From: Balanoglossus misakiensis
Lineage: Eukaryota > Animalia > Hemichordata
NCBI GenBank assembly: GCA_040954595.2
Contig: CM082591.2
Location: forward strand, 6,452,595-6,516,594
DNA: 64,000 bases
Direction: 5' to 3'
Shown one piece after another: positions 12,388 to 26,800 of this stretch. The notes under the pieces are model-generated. The model searched no databases. It was given only the letters and a program-made list of their open reading frames with translations, and was not told the origin of the DNA. A program made the position numbers and the translations under genes. The first letter of the stretch is position 1. Every line of letters starts with the position of its first letter.

Positions 12388-13966
12388 TTCATTTATTTAT
12401 TTACAACTTTAAAGAGCGTCCGAGTCACCTGTTGAGTATATTAATCAGGGCTCGTACAACACAATAGAATACATTGGGAAAAATGAAAAGTGATTCTAAA
12501 TCATGATAAAATTTTAGGGGAACTCTCTTAGCAGAGTTTTCTACAATGTAAGCATATTTTGCCCTAGGATGTAAGCAAGTCCAAGCGTTTGAAGTATTCT
12601 CTCACGAGCGCTAGTGTAGCATCTTTGGGATACAGGGAGAGGTGGGATATACCGTTATAGGCATATAATACAAAATTCGTTGTCTAACCGATAACACATA
12701 TGTTACAGCAGATATTTGACCAAATGTTGAGAAAACATTGGGGGTATTCAAATAACACACGCAAAGCTCTCTTTTGCAAAATAAATATGTTATCTTAATT
12801 ATGCCATGTCGTATTACGCCAAACAATTATCGCCATCTATACCTCGCACGATTATTAACAACAGGTAGTTGTGGAAGTTACATTCTGTAGCTGCTGCAAC
12901 TGGAATCATATGAAAATGGGTTTGTAACCATTTACGATGGGTGCGGCTTTATTAAACTTAGTCATCGGATATTAATATTTTGATATTTCCCGTGTGTGTG
13001 GGGGGGTGTCTGTGTGTCTGTGTGTGTGTCCGTGTGTTTCGTGAATCCACAAATATACCTGCCACGACATCCTATAAAATATCTCATGCATATTAAATAC
13101 TTTGACCTATAGAATGAATTGTTTTCCATCAGTTTTATGTTTCAATCTGAACGAGCGAGGGATAAATCACCCAGACATGATGTCCGCACAATAGACGAGT
13201 TGTCTTTCTTAATGACATTCCGCCTACATGCTCTTCACCAATGCAACGTCAGCCATACTGTGGGTCTGCTTTGTGAAGAAGCCTGGGTTTTTTCTTGCTG
13301 GGTTTTGTATGCGTGTTCTCTTTGAGTTCAGGAATTACCATTATCGCCATCTATATCTCGCAGTATTTTTAACAAAACGGGAATAGCGATAGTTGCGGAA
13401 GTTGAATTTTGTAACTTTATCTACACCTGCTGCAACTGGAATCATATGCAAATACGCCTGTAACTTGACACTTTTTGCAGCGACCATTTTACGATGGGTG
13501 TGGCATTAACTCATACTCTCAATATGTAGACTGAGTTAAATAGATTATACATGTATCATGTGCGCATCTTTCTCTGTGTGTATGTCTGCGTGTGTGTGTC
13601 TGTGTGCGCTTATGTGTGTCTAGTGAACACAGAAATATATTTGCCATCACGACATCGGATATTAATATTTAAAATTTTCCTGCAGTAATCGCTTTCGCTT
13701 TCATCAAACTTCTAATTTGAAACTTTCTATACCCGCATATATTACTTTGCTTGGTAATTGATTTTCTTTGTCTGTGATATATCAAAAATACTACTACACA
13801 AGTACACAACATTAACTAAAACTAAAAATAAAGTAACACGCAAACTCGGCGTTTCCAACATACTGGGCGAATAATGCTTATGTTGGCTGGGATACTGTTG
13901 TCCAAAAGAGCATTGGAATATTTCGCAGTCATATTTCTGCGTTACCAAAACGACACAATTTCAGGT

Positions 13967-14245
13967 TTAACGGAAACATACGTGACCCATGATTTCCTTC
14001 ATAAGCAAACTCGGGAACGAGGCTGCTATAGGGGTTAGCGCCCTCAGGCGGTCTTGGAGAGATATAGTGATCGCCTTCTGGGTGATACGGGGTGGTGTGT
14101 GTTTTGGCAAGACTGGTCATTTTGCATTCTTCTTCAATATATTCGTAAGATATCTCTCCAAATCGCCTGAGGGCGCTTACCCCTATAGCAGCCTCGTTCC
14201 CGAGCTTACTTATGAAAAAAAACTTGGGTCACACATAGCATTTAA
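13967..14245. mobile_element. palindromic MITE with long inverted repeats
   Basis: ttcataagcaaactcgggaacgaggctgctataggggttagcgccctcaggcg... pairs with ...cgcctgagggcgcttacccctatagcagcctcgttcccgagcttacttatgaa. Degenerate arms extend out to TTAA on both sides. Confidence 0.75.
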
Positions 14246-15016
14246 GGGCTTATGAATTTTAGTAGCAACTTATGAATTGTCCGATAAGGGTTTCTATTCA
14301 GTCATCAAATCATCTATATTGAAGTGCTTCCTAAACTATCGCATTACGAAAGGTCCAGAGTAGTCACCCTGACAAGGAAGGTGTTCCTGTATAGGTCAGG
14401 TTAACCTACATTAAGAAAGAGATAAACCCGGATGTAGGCATGGTTATCAAACTCCACAGCCTCATATGTATAAATGTGTTAACACTCTTTTGGAATATGA
14501 TGTCATTTTCTTGAAATGTTCACAAAAGGTGCCAGAATAGGAGTAAGCTGTATCACAAGTTAATTTCAAAATTCGGCCTGTCTCGTTCACATAGTCACTT
14601 CCGTAGTTTTTTCCCCTTTGTGGAGTACCAGTAACATTCTACAACATAGCTATTTTTCAAAACAACTATTAAATACAGCAAAAACCAATTACCGAGTAAA
14701 CCTCGTTTTTTGATTAAACACCCGATGTAAAAATAAAGGCTTTGTTGGGATTTCAATTCAATGTATTTTTATTTTTTATGTTGCTGGCACCCAAGGTGCA
14801 AATGAAATTAATGAAATTTTAAATATGTCAATCCTGTTTGCTGATCGTAGAAATGGGAGCTGATATGTTGGTAGGAAAATAAAATAACTTTTAATTTATG
14901 TTATAAAGTGATGACGAGGAATCTGGGAATGAAGGCTGTGAGATATTATAAGTGATAAACATCAAATTCCCTGGCGTTCATGGTAAGGAAAATGTGTAAT
15001 TACTTACAGAGGTTAA

Positions 15017-15075
15017 AGGGACAAAGTCTCTCTCTCTTGCTATTATGTTTGATGCAAGACACCGTTTATATTATT
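15017..15075. mobile_element. left-end fragment of the 350-bp TTAA MITE
   Basis: ttaa|agggacaaagtctctctctc...tatgtttgatgcaagacaccg matches the left end at 35302. Confidence 0.75.
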
Positions 15076-15215
15076 CTACTAATTTAATTTCTTTTGGTGG
15101 TAACAATTGTGCTAGTATAAGCCCTAGGGCTGTGTTAACTTCCACCCCAAAGCATCTGCGTGGACGCATCTGCTTCTCAGTCCAACATTGGAGGTGTGCT
15201 CAGGCCAATCAGACG

Positions 15216-15283
15216 CAGGTCTCAAAAAGACTCCCCAGCACAGCCCGAACGGAGGTCTCAAAAAGACTCCCCAGCACAGCCCA
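15216..15283. repeat. two-copy ~35-bp tandem repeat
   Basis: aggtctcaaaaagactccccagcacagccc occurs twice. Confidence 0.9.
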
Positions 15284-16956
15284 AGTTCAAACTCACTGCA
15301 GTCTGGTACGTATTGATTGACTGTCAGCTGTAGCGCACATGCTATGGTGTTATTCTGTCTTTCTAGAAAAGTCAAAACGTATCGGTAATATTTTCTATGG
15401 TTGTCCTTTCTGTCTGGGAATATTTCAACTCCGAATGACTTAAGTTAGTATTATCGACTGGTTTTCTGTGCAACTTGACCGATGTTTAATATTATGATAC
15501 GTATAACCAACTACACGGTGAGTCAAGATTCGGACAGAATGATCATGGCCTGTCCATATATTTCTCCAGCAAACGTGTAAGAGATTTAGGGGTTGTATTA
15601 GAAAGTACATTAAACATTTCAATCGCCAACTTCAAGATAATGTTGCTTGCTAATAACGGACAATTGGGGGTTACTGAACAGAGCACCACCCTCAGCATTC
15701 TTCTAAACCACACGGCACCACAAAAGCAAGCCCTCTTTTATGGTCTGCTATAACCTAAGGACACAGTGGAAACTAATAAAACCGGTAGACCTCCACTCGT
15801 CTATTGTCTGGGCGGATTACAGTAATACCATTCAATTACCTTAGGAAAGGCTATATGTATTATAAGACTTTCTACTGAATACACGGTGGCAGTCTCAAAT
15901 GAAACACGATACACTGGGCTATGTTCTTTTTAAAATAAGCGTTTCATCGGTTCAAACTAAGATACCTCAACCTGAACAAATGTACACGTTTGATACATTT
16001 CTTAACTAACTTTGTGTTGCTTGGCTACGTTATTTTTTCTGCTTTTATGGTCGTATAAAATTATTGATAAACAACCTGTGATGGCGTACTTTTCCTTTCG
16101 AATAAAAGATTGACCGAGAATACGCGTGCCATGGAAAGGTCAGAGATCCTATCTGTCACGGGATCCGCGATGTGAAGCTATGGTCCCGCTTTACTGTCAT
16201 TCATGCTTTTGTATTAATACATTAACCTATAATGCATTCTGTTAAATCGTGTCCATTTTTGCTCCACTAAAATCCTCAAAAGATAAAAATATACAATACA
16301 AACTCAAGTTTGGCCCCGTGGTATTCAAACATGGTCGTCCAAAAAGCAGGATTTAAAAGAATTCCATGAAGAATTGACGTCACACCTTTTCTTATATTTT
16401 TTCTCAACATTTTGCACACACACACACATACACACTTAGCTCTAATAATCAAGGCCTCAGGAAACACCAATACCAACGGCAAGGATACACTGTTACCATG
16501 GCAGATAACACGGTCTTTACAAACATCTACACAACAAAAACACAAATCCTTGCAAAGTACAGGCATTAAATAGTAGAAATTAATGTTGTCTTCTGGTAAG
16601 GATTAGATTAAACACTTCAAAATTCACACGGCCCTCCCCAAGATTTTCGTAAATCAGTGGACTCTCATCGTCTGTGTTCAGCACCTAGTTAATATCGTAA
16701 ATTCCTAAAACTTGTGATTGTTTTAGTTTTTTTTATTTATGAGAATTGAAGGGGGCTATTCGTGCTGCACATGTGGGACTTTCTGATTATAAACACACAA
16801 AGGGTACCGTGTTTATCAATCCCCACTGTTCATAGAGACCTTGCCAACCAACGTTCTATCAAAGTAACTCGGAATGTGATACACTTAGCGACATATTGTC
16901 TGCCGTGATGTAACAATGTAATACAAAGTAGCAAGCATATTGTTTTCAACACATGT

Positions 16957-17006
16957 TTTTTACCTCGCGTAACAGCGAGGTCATGTTTTTGCCCCCTCTG
17001 TGTGTA

Positions 17007-17051
<45 letters not shown>

Positions 17052-17200
17052 TTCCACGATTTCTGATCAGATTTCGATCAGTTTTGGTACTCAGGTTCGA
17101 TATACGAATGGCAAGAACTGATGTATTAGTATTTTAGTGACAGCGGACAGCAAATTAATCGAGTTATGACAAAATAAAAATAGCCCTCAATGCAACCCTA
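16957..17200 (+). mobile_element. Helentron/DINE-1-like non-autonomous element fragment
   Basis: T-run, short hairpin acctcgc-gtaaca-gcgaggt, 'catgttttt', a (TGTC)n tract, then 'gatttcgatcagttttggtac'. This is the layout typical of DINE-1/HINE elements. Right boundary uncertain. Confidence 0.55.
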
Positions 17201-17854
17201 TGAAGGACGGTGTCAAGGCACCTCAAAAGATAAAAATATGCATACAAACTCAAGCATGACTGCGTGAGAATTCATCATGGCCTCCCAGAAAGCAGGACTT
17301 AAAGGAATTCTGATGACTATTAGAAAATGCATCTTGTCTAGAGATGTTTGGATTTTTTGTTATTTATGTGGTCATTTTCGACCACCAAGTGCCTATTTGC
17401 CAAAATAATTCTAACCTCTGGGTCGCATTTCTTATGGAATTACTTTGTGGGGGGGATATTCGGCAATTTTACGAGTACTTAGGATAACGCAAAATGTGTT
17501 TTACAGAAAATGCATTTCAGGCTGCGGGCACAGTCTACGCAAAACACTTAATAATGGCATGGTCAGTGTATAAAGTTTGGGCGGCAAAAGAAACAAAATC
17601 ACGCCATGGCAAGAAAGCTTTTACCTGCAGTGAGGATCGGCAAAAAAATCACTACTTGCATTTGAATTCAACAAATGGCAATGTGGTAAGTCCTGCCTTA
17701 TCCGGGAGATTACACACACAAACAAGTTGTGATTACAAAGTTTGTTCAGGGGACTCGCCAATAAAAATCAAACGGTTTGCGGATCCAACGGTAGAGCTCG
17801 CTGCCGAGACTTGCCGGCGTCACCCCAGTTCGGAGAAGCTCCGTGAAAGTGAAG

Positions 17855-20800
17855 ATGCGAAACAACAAAGTAGAACCAGTTCGGGCCAAGGTAAGCGAAA
17901 AGCGCAAATATGGAATTGAAATGAACAATATTTGTAGTCGCACTCCATCCTGTTGATAATAAGTGCATTATATGTCTATGGCACGTTAGGGCATTCGCCA
18001 TAGTAAACATCTATGGGCTTCAGGACGATTTTGGCCAGGTTATCTAATATCAAGCTGGAGACACATGTTTGTAACACATAGCATTATCAATGAAGCTATT
18101 GCAACCGTTCAGTGTAAACTATGTGATTTTTATTCTGTTGTATACCAGTCCTATATCTGTGTAATCCCCAAATGGGATCACAATGTCCTTGACGCAATGT
18201 TTCTGCTAAATTTATGAGAATTGAACGGGGCTCATCTTTTCTGCACATGTGGGACTTTCTTATCAAACTTCTTCCCACTGTTCCCGGAGACCTAGTCATC
18301 CAATATATACGTAGGCTGGCTGTCTTGTCGTGTTTAATAGCTGCAGACTGCGAAGACAGGCTGAGTTGCCTGGCGTCGAGCCACGCACATCGGGTGTGTC
18401 CGTTCAGCTGGCCGCAAAGAGCTGGCCTGGGTCACGGGGAAAATCAAAGCAATACACGTATATTAAAACCGCAATAGTCTTGTGCAAAATAGCATGGCCA
18501 TACATTATCCAATACACGGACATTCCTTGACGCAAACGTGGGAAACATGAGCACGCATTCTCTGACACAATGCGACAATGCCACCATCCACAGGTAGATA
18601 GACCGCGCCGTCTTGGCACTCTTTAGCCTGCAGGCGCAATGGTTTATTTGGTTTGCTCCACAGACAGATGTCCATACGGGCCAAAAACGGCGGCGGAAGG
18701 TTATCATCGGAGCCCTTCTCACCACGGGGCTGATACTCGCTGGTGGTGGTGCTGCGGTTGGACTATTTGCTGGTATGTGCAACTCAATCACGGTTAGATC
18801 GAACCGACATATTGTTATGTTATTTCTCTTATATACACGTAACACGTGACGGCTGATCAGATAACTTCTATATATTAAAGTGTATAATCATACCAACTAA
18901 GTTGAGCGTTGTTTTCCTCCTTATGTTTGGCCTTGGTGAAACAGGACTGCCGACTGGAAATCCTGAGACAACGCCCATGCCATTGCATACAACACAACCA
19001 TCGCGCCCAGGTAATTGATAACATAATCTCAGTCCTTTTCAAATTAAACGTACTAAAAGTATTGCCATGCAAGATGACCTCAGTGTTTTAATAGTTAGAC
19101 AATACAAACGCTTTAATTACAAAATTCTGGTGGATTCTCAATAATTCGAGTTATCACATATATATCACTGATACCCTGTGAATGCAAATTTGTGTATAAA
19201 CTGTATGGTGATTCTAGTGGGTTGTGATTTGGTGATCCCTCTGTGTGTGTGAATGGATTGGCTTCCATCTATCCGTATGGTTATTTTGTTTTTCATATCA
19301 TAATCGGCCATTTTAACCACTACTCTTGAACACACGGCGTACGCTGTTGTTGTGTCAGTGACACCAATAACTGCAATATTGTAACATCTGTCCAACTCAT
19401 GTTATCTGTATGACCATCTTGCGAACTGTAAAATAGACACGAGCACGAAATGACGTGGTAAAATCTCTTTTTCTTTCAAGCATTGATCAGTGCGACTCCA
19501 ACCCTCCGCGCCCACCCTGATTATATCCCTGGTGTTGTGCAAGGTCGGCAGAATGACTTCCATTTGAACGTCGAACTGCCGATTGTTTACGCCAGCCGAA
19601 CAGTAGAGGGCACTGCATCGGATTTGTTTTCAATCAGCGCTTTCCTGGCTGTGTCTGACGTCAGCGTGGATGAAACACCAGCTGATGCAGAGGCAACACA
19701 CTACCAAAGGTCAACAGCTGTTGTACCCGGACATGACGTCACGCTTTCTAATATGGCTGAGCTGGTAGATGTTCAGGCCAACTTCGATCCTATACCGTGC
19801 GACCGTTACAACTTCATTTGTGTTGAGATTTATCCAGTTGACACAGAAGTTTGGCAGTGGACAGACGACGTGAAGAGAACTGCCTGTGTAGAGATAATAT
19901 CTTGTCTGTGTGAGTATAAAGTTACAATAATGATTTATTGGTTCATGGTTACCATGTGTTCATTTGGCACAGATTAGGAAACACATAACCCGTATTTTAA
20001 GCTATCAGTCGGGACTTTTAATACCAATTACATGCAATGTATTGCCTTAAAGTGAAGGGGTCATCGCGCCGCGTTTGTTTGTTTATAAACGGTACAATTC
20101 ATCCACAAATCCCTGGAATTAGACAATTTTGAGAATGAACGAAGCAGGCAACCGTAGCGTAGACTGGGCATGACAGGAACTGAAGATCCTAGGAGGTCGT
20201 GGCGACTGCAGTGGGTTTGCGCTGGTATGTGAGGACAGATTCTCGTTATGGGGGACACCCACGCGGCGCGACGACCTCTCCCTTGAACTGTCTGACCGAA
20301 AACATGGATAACATTTTCAGGAAGTGCACAATGCCATGTTCATACATAATGGTTATTCATCTTTTCTTCACAGACCCCATTGATCCAATTGATATGCAAG
20401 TGTTTGCAGACATGAACGTAACCATGGGAACATCACAGTTGTTATGTATTGGCGTTGAATTGTACCTCGGAAGTGATACGGGAAACTACACAAGTATGGA
20501 GGATAACTTATTCGACGTTCAGCTCTACTTCTCCGCCAATGCAGCAGGGAATCCACACTCGAGCAAAGTATTGGCCGATCATATCTCGCCAACAATGGCC
20601 GTCATTCTTCCAAATTCCAACATGAACATGAAGAACCTGACAGTGACCTATGACCTCCGTGATATGGGTTGTGCCGAGTACCCGTATGTATGTGCCGATA
20701 TTTCTCCCAAGAAGGGCGCCCCTCTTTTGTGGCTTTACGAAGACATCTTCATCACCAACTGTGTTGAGTTGACAACATGTACACGTGAGTCGGAATTAAA

Positions 20801-23800
20801 ATTATTGTATGTTGTGATATTTCTGGTTAATTTCATAAGCGTTTTTCCCCTTGCACATTCGTGCAACATCTACATTAACATATTAACTTTCTCAACACAC
20901 TTACTCATGTAGCATTCTGCTGTGCACTTGTAGTAGTTGTACACATTCTTATATAATCTAATTATATTACAAATGTGCATAGAACGTAATAATACCTTTA
21001 TTGGGTAATAGATATATATGTTTTCCTATTCTCCTCAGATCAAATCCACGGACTATCTCTCGATGTGAGTGTTAGTTCCGATAGTAATGTCGATCTCGTC
21101 ATGGGTTCATCGAAAAGCTTTTCCCTCGACGTTAGCATAGCAATTGGACCGGACACAGCACAGTTCTCCGATGAAATTAATAATGTATTCGGTATGAATA
21201 TGGACCTGAAAACAACTGAGGAAGGCCCGGCTCTTTTGACGTCTCTACCGACCAACGTCACTTCCGGTGCCTTGTCTGTCACACCGAACACATTGATATC
21301 CATGTATAACGTGATTTTCATGGAAACAGACTTGGTTGATATCGGATGTGACGACGTCAAGTTTATCTGCATTGGTGTATTCCCTGGTGGTAACTCCGTG
21401 TTTCCATGGAAATGGTCCGGAGGCGACGTTCTTTCCGGTTGTCTGGCAGTGAACGGAACCTGTATCGGTAGGCCTAAAGAGATTGTTACACTTTTTGCAC
21501 ATTTTTGTCTGTGTTTAATGGAAATTTTGAATTTTGGAATATGGAAGTGTATGATCGCAGTTGTTTTCCTGGCGGAATTTCTCTGTGTTAACTCCTATAT
21601 ATTCCTTTCATCTAGTTCAAGTGGCCCCGGCAACTCAGAGCCCATTGCAAGTTAGCGGAACAGTTGATGTTGTTATGGGAGTACCGAATGATTTTAATCT
21701 GTCAGTTACAATCAACACAGCGACTCACAGTACAGGATTGCTGTCTGGTCAACTGGTGGATCTGTTGAAAGTTGACGCGTTCTTCACCGGTTCGAACAGC
21801 AGTGAGGGATTCAGAGTCGAAGCAAACTTAACATCGAATCCCATGACCTTCCAAACCAATGCGCTTATCGCCATGGTGGCCACGCCCAGTTTTGAGCTGT
21901 CCCAAGGCAAATGCGAGAATTTCTCTCATATCTGCGTCGAAGTGTCACCGACAGAACGCAGTAACTGGTTTTGGTATGGGCCAACCGACCACGTTGGCCC
22001 TGTTTGTGTGCCGTTTAATTCTTGCAGGGGTGAGTAGAGAAAGAGTTCCACTACCTGATATATTTCTGTCTTACCGTTACGTTGAGCGTACATGGTCCTA
22101 TCAGGAAGAATATTGGATAATAACAGCGTGTAAGCCTGGCTCTGTTTAAGAAGGCATGAATAGGCAAAAGCATCCGTGCTATAGAAGACCTGTTTGACCC
22201 AGTAGAACATTGGCGTTTGTTTGAAATTTAGAAAAAGATGTATATGTACAAACAAAGGAATCCTGCTGACGCTGCTTTATATTTTCAGACACTATCAAGT
22301 ACCAACTGGTAACAACATATATGAACTGGGTCGATGCCCGCGCACATTGTGAGAGTCTTGGGAAAACACTTCCGCGTTTCGAAGATGAACAACGCCTGTT
22401 TCATTACTTTTATTTTGGACAACGAGTGCTTGATAACGGTACGTATACATGTCTATCAAATTGTTAGCAAACTGAGTAGTACAGTTGTGAGTCTTCTGTT
22501 ACAGTACCAATTCTGTGCTAGGGGGTCAAATCACATTGCACACAGTGTCGACCATATGAGATTTTCATCACTCACTTAGGTAGCTTAAAACCATTTAAGG
22601 TAGGGAGAATTGAATTAGCGCTCGCCCAATGCCACTACGAGTCATGTAGACACACCAGAGATATGCTGACCAGTGTGCCATCTAACAAACATAAATTATA
22701 AAAGCTTTGAGTCAATTTGAGGATTTATAGAAATTTCTCTGAGTCAGCCCTATACCTTTGCATGTTGTGTGGATAATTTTCTTGAGTCACCAGTGAGTTT
22801 GTTGAGTCAGTGGTGCGTCATATTGGCTAAGAGGGCACACTGATGCTGACCGCTCCAATGTGAGTTCGTGTTCATTCATTCAGCAAAGCTTTAGTTCAAG
22901 AATGTGTTCAATTGCAAGGAAGCAATTTCAAAGTTATGCTAATATTGTATTAATATTGGTTCCACTTATCAACCTTTTGGACCATGAACTGACTTCTACA
23001 AGTCCAAGACGTGTTGTTTCTTATTTTTTTTATGGTTGCCTCTCGTGCAGAACACCCCATTGGATGGTTAGACATCAACGATATAGACAGTGAGAATGTT
23101 TTTGTAAATACGGATGGTTCTCCTGCGACATATTTGAGATGGAATGTCGGTGAACCAAATAACGCGTACGATGAAGACTGTGTCCAACTTGTGTGAGTGC
23201 TTTCAACCTCTATCTTGTATTCCAATACAAATGAGCAAAACATGAATTGATACAGGAGAGTGCAATTCTGGCACATTCTTGTTTCCACAAACTGGAGAGA
23301 AACACTGTAATTCACTTCATAAAATCAATATGAATGTGAGTTTCCATATGGAAATAGAAAGTACTATTAATTACTATTATTATTGTTGTTGTTATTATTA
23401 TTGTTTTTACAATTTTACGGGTTTAAAGAATTATATAATATTTAGAAGTGTTGAGTAAATTACAGTTGTGTCTAGGTTCATCATCATTACATGAAAAAAG
23501 TCTAAAGTGAAAGTTCGTAGGTTGTAATCTGGTTCGCTTTGCCTAATGCCATCTTTCGATTTTGTTGTGGTCAGAATTTTCATGCAATTGTTTATTTAAT
23601 TATAATCTTGTTTTGTTGACTGTTTTGTTAATTTAGCAATACACAGGCTAAGATGAACGATGCGAGCTGCACTGCAGCCCTATTGCAATTTTTCTGTCAA
23701 GAAATAAGTAAGTATTTATGTCACCATAATCTAAAATCAACGGCTTTAAAATTGATTGATTCATTGATTCATTCATTGATTGATTCATCCATTCATTCAT

Positions 23801-26800
23801 TGATTCATTCATTCATTCATTCATTCATTCATTCATTCATTCATTCATTCATTCATTCTTTCATTCATTCATTCATTCATTCATTCATTCATTCATTCAT
23901 TCATTCATTCATTCATTCATTCATTCATTCATTCATTCACTCACTCACTCACTCACTCATTCATTGACTGACCTACTGACTAACACCCTGATTGTTTGGA
24001 TGGTTGGTTGGTTGGTTGGTTACTAGGTTGTCTGTTTTTATTTTAATCATTTTCTTCGCAATGTGGTAGATCTGTTCCTCACTGACATGTACGTAGTGCA
24101 CTGTACATTTTGACTAAATATACACCTGTCTATGAATGTTCTGTTCTCATCAGCGAGCTGTGCCCCAGATTTTGTTTGTGACAACAAGAGATGTGTTCCA
24201 ATGGATTGGCGCTGTGATGGCTTTGATGACTGCACTGACGGTAGTGATGAAGTAAACTGTAAGTACATGGATGACGCCCTCAGTGACCTCCACAGAGATT
24301 GCTCTTATACTTATTCACCCGCGGCGAAACAAAACAACTCATAGGAATGTTCTGGATATTTATACATAAAATTTATTTATTTATTACAAATCCTGGAAAT
24401 AAATTGGCTAGATCAATGTTTTTGAATGTTTGAGTCTGTCAGTTAATACTTGTAGATGGAAAATTGATGTTCAACCACAGACAGGCCATGACCACTTAAT
24501 GAAGTAACCGATTTCGTTTCATAAATTTAAGTTTTTTTCCTTCGTTTTCTGTCCACTTGATATTTATTAGTGCGGCATTCAAGATGTTTCTCGTATTTAC
24601 CAGTAGTTCGTATGCATATCAGTGTAGTATGGTCGGGTTTACGATGGGGGTTGTTCCACTCATTCACAGTCCTTCCAATCAATCAATCAATCGATTGATC
24701 AATCCATCCATCCATCAATCAACCACAGGTCCATGCGGCCAGGATTTTCAATGCCAGTCTGGAACGTGTATTCAGATGTCGAAACGGTGTGATCTTGTGG
24801 ACGACTGTCCAGATGGGGATGACGAGCAGAAGTGTGTCCGTGAGTATTCAATCGAACCAATTGTAAGCTCATGTGTGGATTTAATATTAAGGGGAGAGCT
24901 CACGTTGACCACATGCCGCAATTGTTGTAGAAGGTTCTTTTGACAGTATCGAGTCTCGGACACCAGCAATCAGAGAATAATACTTCGGACTTTATTGCCA
25001 ACTAGTAAGGAGTACCACCTAAGACAAACACAATACTGGAACTGCCTATTACAAAATTCGCAGGCTTTTATATATGTCTAAAGGGCGGGAAACCTTTGTT
25101 ATTCAAATTAACACCTTTTACTTTACATGGGCAAAGGAATTTTAAAGATTGCAAACTGTCAGAGTGCACAATCTCGCTTGAGATTGGTCCATTACAACTC
25201 AAATATGATTGGTCGATTCTAAATCCAGATTTTGCATCAAGCTCGATACATTTCAGCCAAGCTGTAGAAATCTATGTAAAGTCAGTCACGATAAGACGCT
25301 GACAGGGTATGATATATACTTAGTGTAAAACAAGGAAATGTTAGCATTATATGCATATACTGCTAGCTGATACAATACAAAGCACGTGCGCTAGATTCTG
25401 TCATTTTCATACAACATTGTTGAAATTCTGTAGTAATGACAATCTGTATGTCGTCATGTTGGGACAAGATAACTTCGCCAGTGGAAAGAGTGAACAACGT
25501 TTCTGAATATCCAATAGAGACTGGTAGATCCAAGGTAATTCATTTGTAACTTCGACATATATTTCTTTTTCATTCAAGTTCTGCCGCTGGATGAATGTTA
25601 CCCGAGCTTCCGCTGTACTAATGGGAATTGCATTATTCCGGGCTGGGTATGTGACAACTACAACGACTGTAGCGATGGCATTGACGAAAACCATTGTAAG
25701 TGGTCACCGTACTGTGACAATGAAATGTTTCTGGATTGTGTTGCGTTGTGTCGTGTCGTGTAGTGTAGTGTTGTGTGGTGTAGTGTAGTGTAGTGTAGTG
25801 TAGTGTTGTGTTGTGTCGTGTCGTGTCGTGTCTTGTCGTGTCGTGTCGTGTCGTGTAGTGTAATGTCGTGTCGTGTCGTATTGTATTGTATTGTATTGTA
25901 TTGTTATGAATTTCATTGTGTATGCACTACGTTACATTGTATCGTATTGCATTGTATTGTATTGTTTCGAATTGTGTTGTATGGTGTTGAGTAATATTTT
26001 TTTTATTTGTTTGAGGCAATCTATGCATTGACGTTTCTGATATGACGTGCCAGCGGTTATGTAATGCAAAGTAGGCGGCAGATATCTACAGAGTAGACTG
26101 TATTGAAACAAGCACTCAGGATATATTCTGTTTCCATACCATTCTTGCAGGTCCAGCATGCACAGGCTATGCATGCTCCAGTGGTCAGTGTATACCAGCC
26201 TATTGGGAATGTGATAATTACAGCGACTGTACCGACAATAGTGATGAAGAGCACTGTGGTGAGTTTTGCATTTTAATTACATACATTAAAGACCAAACTT
26301 TTACACCTGGCTAATTAAAATTAAAAAACAAAAAAAACAAAAAAAAAACAACTTTTACACCTGGCATGTATGGCCATGCAATCTAAATGTGCGATTTTTC
26401 TGCTTATATTATGGCCAGACCAGGTTGTAGATGGTGTTCCCATGTGTTAACGGTCTCGCATATTGTTCAGATACTCCAGCTATAGGGGGAGTACAGGCCT
26501 GGGGTTTCAGTGGGCCATGTTTATGTGGGCAACTAGATCATTATCTGAAAGCGATAACAAAGATTTGTGACACAACCGGTATGCTTTTATTTGCCATGTT
26601 ATGTTTAATCATTTTCATGGAGTAAGGATAATAATTTCACATGGACCAAATGAGAATGTTTTCATTCTGAAGCAAAAGAAACATGTTTTTCTTTGGTTTA
26701 GGTTCAGTCACGTGTACCCCAAGTCAGTGGGAATGTGATGATGGTCAGTGCATTCCTGCCAGTTGGCGCTGTGACGCTTACCCGGACTGTCAAGATGGCA

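Noticed and set aside
19165-19395. Minus-strand ORF nearly identical to 30040-30240 ([11 protein letters not shown]...)
   Set aside because: The conservation is explained by a near-identical intronic tract between paralogs. The ORFs diverge where the tract ends and show no recognisable motif.
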